Positions 28,467 to 35,865 of a stretch of DNA of 35,865 nucleotides are shown piece after piece. Each line of letters opens with the position of its first letter. Position 1 is the stretch's first letter. Source of the stretch: Deltaproteobacteria bacterium (GTDB taxonomy: Bacteria; Myxococcota; Myxococcia; Myxococcales; 40CM-4-68-19). Under the pieces are notes generated by a model. The model was not told the origin of the DNA. It saw only the letters and a program-made list of their open reading frames with translations, and did not search any database. The stretch lies in contig JANXXR010000006.1 in the NCBI GenBank assembly GCA_025350525.1, forward strand, positions 1 through 35,865. The letters are read 5' to 3'. Made by a program: the position numbers and the translations under genes.

Positions 28467-28534
28467 GCCCCGATGATTGAAAAGCCTTTACAGTTACAGT
28501 CGAGGCGCAAGGCGGCGCCGTCGAGGCGGGCTCG

Positions 28535-28642
28535 CGTGCTCGTCCTCGCCTCGGCTCGCGGACGCGCCCCAGGACCAGCCCGAAACCGAGGCCCTGAACG
28601 AGGACGCGGACGAGCACGGCGCTTAGACGAGCACGGCGCTTA
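28535..28642. repeat. Imperfect long hairpin plus 17-bp tandem duplication upstream of RAYT
   Basis: CGTGCTCGTC (28535-44) / GACGAGCACG (28609-18) and GCCTCGG (28548-54) / CCGAGGC (28586-92); GACGAGCACGGCGCTTA repeated exactly at 28609-25 and 28626-42. Confidence 0.75.
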
Positions 28643-28678
28643 AGTGGGCGGCATTGGGCGAGGGATAGCGGCCCCCGA

Positions 28679-29701
28679 TCAGGGAGCGACGTTCGCCTTC
28701 GACTCGTTGAAGAGCCGGGTGCTCGAATCGAAGAGCGCCGCCTGCTCGGGCGTGTCGCAGACGGTGCCGGCGGAGGTGGAGGCGCCCGGGGCGACCAGCT
28801 TGCCCGGGCAGTTCTGCGCGATCTGCGGGTTCAGCGTGGCCCACCGCTGCTTGGAGAGGCAGACCGCGCCCTTCGTGTTCCAGCCCGCCTCGAAGACGAA
28901 GGTGGGGTCGGAGGGCCCGTGCAGCTGGAAGGGGCCCGGCGCGGGGGCGGTGTCCCAGACGTTGATCCGGGTGCCGTTCTGGGTCCAGGTCCGGCCGTCG
29001 CCGCAGTAGTCCGCGCGCGCCAGGCGGGTACAGGCCCAGTGCAGGTTGGAGAACGTCAGCGAGGAGCCCGCGGCGTCGGTCAGCCACGGCCGGTAACCCC
29101 AGCGGTAGCACTTGGCCATCACGCCGCGGGTGCAGGCGAAGGAAAACTGCGTGGTGGACTCGACGCGGTTGCCGCCGCTGTCGAAGGTCGCGGCGATGGG
29201 AATGGCGGCGGCGACGCCGTTCGCGTCGGCGGCGCAGAGCGGAGAGTAGGTTTTGCTCGAGGAGTCGTAGAGGTCGATGGAGTAGAGCCAGGTACTGCCG
29301 TCCGCGGAGGACGGATCCTGGGAGACGCTGCGCACCACCGTCCAGACGGCCTGGCCGGCGTCGTCGGCGGGGATCCAGCTGCCGGCGAGGGAGGCGCCTG
29401 CCAGTGTGCCCTTGGGTCCGGAGACCTTGAGCTCGCCCTTCTCGATCCGCGCGGACGGAAGCCAGCCGTTGTTCCACCAGCCCGAATAGCGGTGGTAGAT
29501 GGGCGGCTCGGCGCTGGCGGTTCCCACCGGCGCGGCGCTTTGCAGCACCCGGCCCTGCAGCTGCTGTCCCTGGTCCTGGTAGTACGCTGGGCTGCGCGGG
29601 ACCAGCGACATTCCCTCGCGAGCCGCGGGCACTTCCTCTCCGCAGGCCAGCGTGAAGAGGAAGAGGAAAGACCATGAGAGCCGCGCGAAGGGGCTGTTCA
29701 T
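28679..29701 (-). CDS. ADYC-domain lipoprotein, 340 aa
   Basis: ATG 29701; lipobox TLAC; FACTRGVMAKCYRWGY.PW, ACTRLARADYCGDG, FEAGW...GAVCL..RW. Confidence 0.88.
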   Translation of the reverse strand: MNSPFARLSWSFLFLFTLACGEEVPAAREGMSLVPRSPAYYQDQGQQLQGRVLQSAAPVGTASAEPPIYHRYSGWWNNGWLPSARIEKGELKVSGPKGTLAGASLAGSWIPADDAGQAVWTVVRSVSQDPSSADGSTWLYSIDLYDSSSKTYSPLCAADANGVAAAIPIAATFDSGGNRVESTTQFSFACTRGVMAKCYRWGYRPWLTDAAGSSLTFSNLHWACTRLARADYCGDGRTWTQNGTRINVWDTAPAPGPFQLHGPSDPTFVFEAGWNTKGAVCLSKQRWATLNPQIAQNCPGKLVAPGASTSAGTVCDTPEQAALFDSSTRLFNESKANVAP

Positions 29702-29753
29702 GAGGGCCCAACCTGCAAAGAACAAGGCTCGAAATCAAGCCCCCTGGCTCGAA

Positions 29754-32700
29754 TTATTGTTGATCGGAACACAATCGAAACCCGATGAGCAGGCCGCGGG
29801 CGGTGGCCTCGGAGGGCTCGCGGTTGACCGCGCGCGCGGAGAGGGCTCCCTGGTACCAGCTGCCGCCGCGGATGGCCGGCGCGCCCGACGGCGACACCAC
29901 CATCTCCCAGGCGTTGCCGGCCATGTCGGCCGCGCCCACCGGGCTGTTCGAGCGCGGGTGCGAGCCGACCGGGTCGGGCCCGAAGGCCAGCGGCTCGCGA
30001 CCGTAGGTCTCGTCGATGTTGGCGTCGGCGCCCGAGAGGGTGTCGCCGGAAGGAAAGGCGCGACCGTCCGCGCCCCGCGCCGCCCGCTCCCACTCCTCTT
30101 CGCGGCAGAGGCGAGCGCGGGGCACGCGGCCCTGGGAAGAGAGCCAGGCCGCGTACGCGCTCGCGTCCTGGAAGGTGATGCCGGTGACCGGCAGCTGTCC
30201 CCAGTCGACCGCCGCGTTGGTCCTGCGGCCGGGATACACCAAGGGCGCGCCCTCGACCGCCTCGTACGCCCGGGTGGTCGGCTGGATGCGGAGCACGAAG
30301 AGACCGTCGCTGCGCTGCGAGAGCGCGACGCCGTTGCGCGCCGTCTGCACCGCCGGCATCCGCAGCTTCCGCTCCGGCGGCGCGAGGGCGCGCAGGTAGT
30401 CCAGCCATTGGGCGAAAGTCACCTCGGTGCGGGCGATGGCAAAGGCCGCCGACTCCCGCTCGTGCAGCGGCGGCGCGCCGAAGATGCCCAGCCGCACGTC
30501 CTCCTCTCCTTCGTACCCGGTGAAGTAGCGGCCGGCGGGGAGCGCGATGAAGCCGGGCGGCGCCGGCCGGATGTCGCGCAGCTTCAGCTCCTGCCGGTCG
30601 CCGAAGCGGAGCAGCAAGGGCAGGCGCGCGCCAGAAGCCAGCTCGAGGACGTAGGAGCCGGGCTTGAGCTCGCGCTCGGCGCCGGGCTTGAGCTGGATCG
30701 CGGGCGAGGCGTCGAGCAGCGGCCGCAGCTGCGCGTCCACGTCGATCTTCAGGCGCGCGGGCCGCTCGAAAGGAGCGCGCCGCCCGCCGCCCGGGTCCAC
30801 CTGGGCCAGCTGCGCGAGGAGCCCGGCGCGCTCTCGCGAGAGCGGATTCTGCCCGTCGCGCTCCAGCCGGAAGACGACCAGGTCCGCGAGCAGCCGGCGC
30901 GGCTCCTCTCCGGGCGAGAGCAGGAGGGCGCTGTCGATGGCGCCCCGCGCCTGTTCGAGGATCTGCAAAAGGCTGTGGTCGGCCGCCAGCACCCGCGTCC
31001 AGACCTGCTCGGCCACCACCGTCTGGTCGGCGTCGAAGCGGGCGAAGGCCTCGCGGCGCAAGGACCGCTCCTCCTGGTCGAGCGCGCGTGCCTTCTCCAG
31101 CGCCGCGGCCGCCCCGTCCAGCTGCGCGGCGGCCAGCTTGTGCTGGGCGGCCTGCGCGCGCGAGCGGACCTCGGCGATTCCCAGCCCGAGGAGCAGGGGC
31201 AAAGCGACTGCGCCTGCAAGGATGAGGAAGCGCTGCCGGCGCGCCGCAGTGGTCGAGGCCAGGACGAAGCGGCGCTCCCGCTCTCCGAGCGGCAGATCGT
31301 CAAACTGCTGCAGGTCGCGCAGCCGCCGCCGGGACCAGAGGCCCTCCTCGCCGCGGGAGCTCTCCCATTCCTCGGCGGCCCGCTCCAGCCGCATCAACAG
31401 CGCGCGCTTCTGCTCGTCCTGACCCACCCAGGCGCGCAGCTGTTCCCAGCTCTGGATCAACGCCTCGTGCGCCAGCTCGTAGGTGGTGGTGGCCCCCTGC
31501 GCGCTGCCTTGCGGATCGCCCGAGGTGAGGATGCGGGCGGCCACCAGCGCCTCGAGGGCGCTCGAGATGTCGCCTCCGGGCGGGAAGTCGGCCCGGATCC
31601 TTCGCGCCCGGGTGCCCTGGGCGGTGACGAGAAGGCGCAGGATCTGCTCCGCGGCGCGCCGCTGCGCAACGGAGAGCTGGGCGATCGCCTGGTCGGCATG
31701 GCGCGCCAGTGCCCCGCCGACGCCGCCCAGCGCCAAAAGCGCGCTGCCGTCGATGACCCGCCGGATCGGATCGCGCCTCTGCCACAGCTCGGTGACGGCG
31801 AACTGCACGAGCGGCAGCGCGCCGGGCCCGACCTTGGCGGCGGCCACCAGGTCGTCCACCAGCGTCTCTGGCGCGAAGCGGAAGTCCGCCGCCCGCGCCG
31901 GCCCCTCGATGGCCTGTCGCAGGCCCTCCTCGGTGAGCGGCCGCAAGAGGTAGAGGGCGGCGCCGAGCTCGGGGCCGAGCGAGGGCAGCGCCGACAGCCG
32001 CGTGAGGAAGTCGCTGCGGGCGGTGGAGAGGAAGCGGAAGTTCGGGCTGCGAACCGTCAAGGCTCCGAGGAAGCGGCTGAGCGCCTCGGCGTCGTCGGGC
32101 GAGGCGAGCGAGACCAGCTCCTCCAGGCCGTCGATGAAGAGCGCGCGGCCCTGGCCGTCGGGGGCGGCGCGGGCCCGGGCGGCGAGCTGCTCCGGGTCGG
32201 TGCGCAGGGCCAGCGCCGCGGCGAGCTCGTCGACGCCGAGCCACTTTTGCAGCGCCGCTGCGACCGCCTCCACCGGGCGCATGCCGAGCGAGAGCGAGAC
32301 GACCTCGAAGCTCCGCTGCTCCAGCGCGCCTGCCCGCAGCTGGGGCAAGCACTCCCGCGCGGCAGAGCGAGCTCTTGCCCACTCCGGAATCTCCCGCCAC
32401 CAGCACGAACGACGCCGCCCGCAGCCGCTCCAGCACCGCGCGCACCTCGCGCTCCCGGCCGAAGAAGAGCGCCGCGTGCTCGGGCCCGAAGACGGAGAGG
32501 CCCCGGTAGGGCTCCTCGGGCAGGGGGCCGCGCTGGTGCGCCAAGAGCGGCTCGAGCACCTCGAGCAGCGCCTCGGCACGCTGGGGGCGGCTGCGCGGAT
32601 CCGGCGAGAGACAGGCATGCACCAGCGCCGCGACCTCTCTGGGAGCCCGTGCGAGCGGCGCAAACGACCCGGCCTCCGCCTGCGACCGCAGCTCGTCGAG

Positions 32701-33411
32701 CGTCCGCGCCTGGTAGGGTGGGCTTCCGCTGCAGATCTCATAGATGACCGCGCCCCAGGCATAGAGATCGCTCAGTCGCGTCCCCGGCGCGCCGCCGAGG
32801 AGCTCGGGAGCGGCGTAGAGGGGAGTTCCCACCTGCAGCATGGCGCCGTGCCGTGCCACCGGGTCCGCGGCGCCGGGAAGCGGCTGCGTCTCGGCGAGGC
32901 CGGGGGTGATCTTCTGCAAGGGCAGGGCGTCGGGTTCGGCCAGCGCCGCCGAGACGCCGAAGTCCACCAGCTTGAGCTCCCCGGCGTCGGAGAGCAGCAC
33001 GTTGGCGGGTTTCAGGTCGCGGTGCAGAACGCCAGCCCGGTGGGCGGCGGCGAGGGCACGGGCCAGCTGCAGCGCGATGGGCAGCACCTGGTCCAGGTCG
33101 AGCGGCAGCGGCAAGAGGTCGAGGCTGCGGCCGTCCACCCACTCGGAGACGATGAAGGGCCGCCCCAGCACCTCGCCGACGCGATGGACCGCGACCACGT
33201 TGGGATGCTGCAGCCGGGCCAGCGAGCGCGCCTCGAGCAAAAAGCGCGCGCGCATCTCCGGCCGCTCGGCATGGCGCACGAACTTGATGGCCACCTGCCT
33301 GCCCAGGAGTTCGTCGTCGGCGAGGAACACCTCGCCCATGGCGCCGCGGCCCAGCGGCCGGACGATGCGAAACTCGAAGAAGGCGCGGGGCGGCTGGAAG
33401 TCCTCGCTCAC
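29754..33411 (-). CDS. Ser/Thr kinase - STAND (nSTAND1-like) NTPase - TM - FGE-sulfatase(SUMF1)-domain receptor (~1,218 aa); +1 frameshift at ~32348
   Basis: Kinase motifs GRGAMG, VAIK, HRDLKPAN, DFG, GTPLYAAPE; PYRGL..F....A.LFFGRE; Walker A GDSGVGKSS; after the shift, Walker B LFIDGLEEL, RSDF, LPLVQF, ELAHEALI..W; TM; then TEVT..Q, RL..EEEWERAARG, DMAGNAWE, RGGSW, GFRL. The GTG start overlaps the upstream TGA. Confidence 0.88.
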
Positions 33412-35136
33412 GCCTGAAGCCCGTACTGCTTGACCTTGAGCACGAAGGTGCGCAGCGGCATCCCGATCAGCTGCGCGGCGTGCTTCTGCACCCCGCCGCT
33501 CGCCGCCAGCGCCTCGACCATCCGGGCGCGCTCGAGCGCCTTGATCTCCGCTCCGATGGAGGTGGCGAAGCCCTCGCGCTTCTGCACGGGCCGCGGCGGC
33601 GCGGGCGCCACCTCCCGTCCTTCACCGAGCGCGATCTCCTCGATGATGGGCCCTTCGTGCAGCGCGGCCAGCGCGGCCATGAGGTTGCGCAGCTCGCGGA
33701 CGTTGCCGGGCCAGGCGTGCAGAGACAGCTGCGCCATGGCCGCCGCGCTGATGGGTTGGCGTCCCGATGCCGAGAGCTTTGCAGGCGCTGGCGAGGAAGG
33801 TCCGCGCCAGCAGCGGGATCTCGCGGGGGCGGCTGCGCAGCGCCGGCAGCGCCACCCGCGCCGCGCAGAGGCGGAAGTAGAGATCCTCGCGGAAGCGGCC
33901 TGCTTTGACCTCGGCGGCGAGATCGCGGTGGGTGACGGCGATTACCCGCACGTCCACCGCCACGCTGCGCGAGTCGCCCAGCCGGACGATCTGGTGGGTC
34001 TCCGCGGCGCGCAGGAGCTTGGCCTGCAGCGGCAGCGAGAGCTCGCCGATCTCGTCGAGGAAGAGCACGCCGCCCGCGGCCGCCTCGAAGAAGCCCTGCT
34101 TGGCGGCGGTGGCCCCGGAGAAGGCCCCGCGCTCGTGGCCGAACAGCTCGCTCTCGGCCAGCGCCTCCGGCAGCGCTGCGCAGTTGACCGGGATGAACGG
34201 TCCCTGCGCCCGCCGGGATCGGGCGTGCAAGGCCAGGGCGATCATCTCCTTGCCGGTGCCGGTCTCTCCGGTGATGAGGACGGGCAGGTCGCTGGGGGCG
34301 AGCCGCTCCACCAGCCGGTAGAGGCCGCGCATGGCGGGGTCGGCGACGATCAGCTCCTGCGCGCCCAGCCCGACGCGCATCACCAGCTCGCGGGCGAGAT
34401 GGACGCCGGGCTTGCCGGCCGCCTCCCGCGCCGCCCACAGCAGCGACTCGCCGTCGGCTGCGTCCTCGGGAAAGAGGGCGATGCCGGCGCTCGCTTTGCT
34501 TTCCTCTAGCGTGGCGAGGAGCTCGGTCGCGAGCTGGACCACTTCCGGCTCCTCCAACTCCGGCAGCAGGAAGAGCAGCATCGCCGGAGAATCGAGCGCG
34601 CCCCGGTCGTGCGACCGCAAGCGGGACTTGAGGCGCGTCAGCTGCTGCGGCGCGAACGGCACCGGCGCCGACACCGCGATCAGCGCCAGGGGCCGCTCGT
34701 AGTGCGTCGAGCGGGCCAACTCCTCCGCCAGGCGCTCGCGCAGGCGGGGCAGCGGCACCAGGGAATCCTCGGCGTGGGCCCGCTGACCCTGCAGCACCAG
34801 CGTCACCTTGCCGAGCGTGATGACGTCTCCCGGCGCGATGGCCCGCGGCTCCTTGACGGCGGCGCCGTTGAGCAGGGTCCCGTTGCGGCTGCCCAGGTCG
34901 CTCAGCACCACGCTGTCCCGGGTCACCAGCAGCCGCGTGTGCAGCCGCGAGATCGATGGGTCGTCGATGATCAGGTCCGCGTCCACCGCCCGGCCGATGG
35001 TGAAGGGTCCCGTCCGCAGCGCCACCACCTGCGAGCTTCCCTCCTGCACGATCACCAGCTGGAGCCGCTCCCAATCGGCTTGCCTGGGCGCTGCTTCGAA
35101 GTCCTGGGTCTCCCGCGGGGGGGCCATCTCCGTCAT
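33408..35136 (-). CDS. FHA - degenerate GGDEF - sigma54 AAA+ - HTH enhancer-binding protein; +1 frameshift at ~33754
   Basis: FHA motifs IGR, SRLH, DLGSRNGT; AAA+ GETGTGKE, NCAAL..ESELFGHERGAFSGA, FLDEIGEL, FREDLYFRL; after the shift, WPGNVREL and a Fis-like HTH (ALAASGGVQKHAAQLIGM). Confidence 0.9.
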
Positions 35137-35233
35137 CCGGCCGCCAGCCAAGCACGACAGTCGCCGCTGGCGCAATGGCCGGCGCGGGTGCGATTGTTTT
35201 TCAGAATTCCGTACCAGGCTTGAAAGGATTTCA

Positions 35234-35865
35234 TTGCCGGACACCGACTCCCGCTACCTCCGGCTCAGGCTCCTCTATGCGCTCTTGCCGTTGCTGGCGC
35301 TGGACACGGTGCTGTTCGCGGCGCGGCTGCTCGAGCGGATCGAGCTCTTCTTTCCGCGGCCGGATCGGATGGAGCTGCAGGACTGGCTGAACATCAGCGC
35401 CTCCTTCTTCTTCTTCCACTTCGGCATCGCGCTCTTCGCCATCGGGCTGGTGCGCTGCAGCCGGCGGCCCGACCTCGCCATCTGGTTCCTGCGCGTGCTG
35501 GCGCTGCTGATCAGCCTCTGCGAAATCGTCGGACACATCTACTTCATGATCACCGGCGACTCGCTGGACTTCTTCCAGCTCGTCTACGCCCTGCAGCGCC
35601 CGCGCGAGGTCTGGCTGATCGCCCGCGCCGGGGCCAACGAGGCGCGGTGGCTCCTCGCCGTCGCGCTCTACGCCGTCCTGCTGGCCGCGCCGCGCCTGCA
35701 CCGCCGCTTCATTCCCCGGCCGGCCAGCACCCCGCGGGCCCCGCTCCTCACCCGCCGCGCCGGCTGGATGCTGCTGCTGGGCGGCATCCCCATCGCGGCC
35801 ATGGGCGCCCTCGTCTTCGCCGACCCCAGGCTCGACGCCATGGCCCGGCGCGATCCGGCCATCAA
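35234..35865 (+). CDS. Multi-pass membrane protein, partial; possibly the N-terminus of a sulfatase/LTA-synthase-family protein
   Basis: TTG 35234 with AAAGGA RBS; open frame to the window end with ~5 hydrophobic segments (..EIVGHIYFMITGDSLDFFQLVYAL..). No catalytic domain is visible. Confidence 0.65.
   Translation, partial: MPDTDSRYLRLRLLYALLPLLALDTVLFAARLLERIELFFPRPDRMELQDWLNISASFFFFHFGIALFAIGLVRCSRRPDLAIWFLRVLALLISLCEIVGHIYFMITGDSLDFFQLVYALQRPREVWLIARAGANEARWLLAVALYAVLLAAPRLHRRFIPRPASTPRAPLLTRRAGWMLLLGGIPIAAMGALVFADPRLDAMARRDPAI

Noticed and set aside
27602-28642. CRISPR array near the transposase
   Set aside because: There are no regularly spaced identical repeats with unique spacers and no cas genes. 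The repeats are inverted or simple tandem.
32340-33760. Programmed ribosomal frameshifting in the kinase and activator genes
   Set aside because: There are no slippery heptamers or long homopolymers at the shift sites, and the shifts cut conserved domains. Error or mutation is more parsimonious.

Overview
High-GC bacterial DNA, most likely from a myxobacterium (Myxococcota). This is inferred from the PDAG-repeat lipoprotein, the FHA-sigma54 activator and the ADYC protein. Left to right the window holds: (1) a sigma54-preceded HlyD/ABC-ATPase/duplicated MacB-like permease operon; (2) a GH13 glucan-acting enzyme; (3) a ~1,700-aa EGF/Ig-repeat/propeller surface lipoprotein broken by two frameshifts and an in-frame TGA; (4) a tannase/feruloyl esterase; (5) a zeta-toxin-like ATPase remnant; (6) a repeat-domain lipoprotein; (7) a GST-like gene, divergent from a coupled three-gene operon of RsbW/SiaB-like kinase, STAS/SiaC-like protein and PhcB-like SAM methyltransferase; (8) a sigma54-driven operon of three ~950-aa secreted Asp-box beta-propeller proteins with a candidate enhancer array; (9) a RAYT-type HUH transposase with its own sigma70 promoter, flanked by long hairpins; (10) an operon of FHA/degenerate-GGDEF/sigma54 activator, Ser/Thr kinase-STAND-FGE receptor and ADYC lipoprotein; (11) the start of a membrane protein. 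The best candidates for undescribed systems are the partner-switch/PhcB-like signal-synthase module and the ADYC-kinase/STAND-FHA/sigma54 relay with its possible adjacent target promoter. Several single-base frameshifts may be sequencing errors. All family assignments come from motif recognition by eye, not from database searches.
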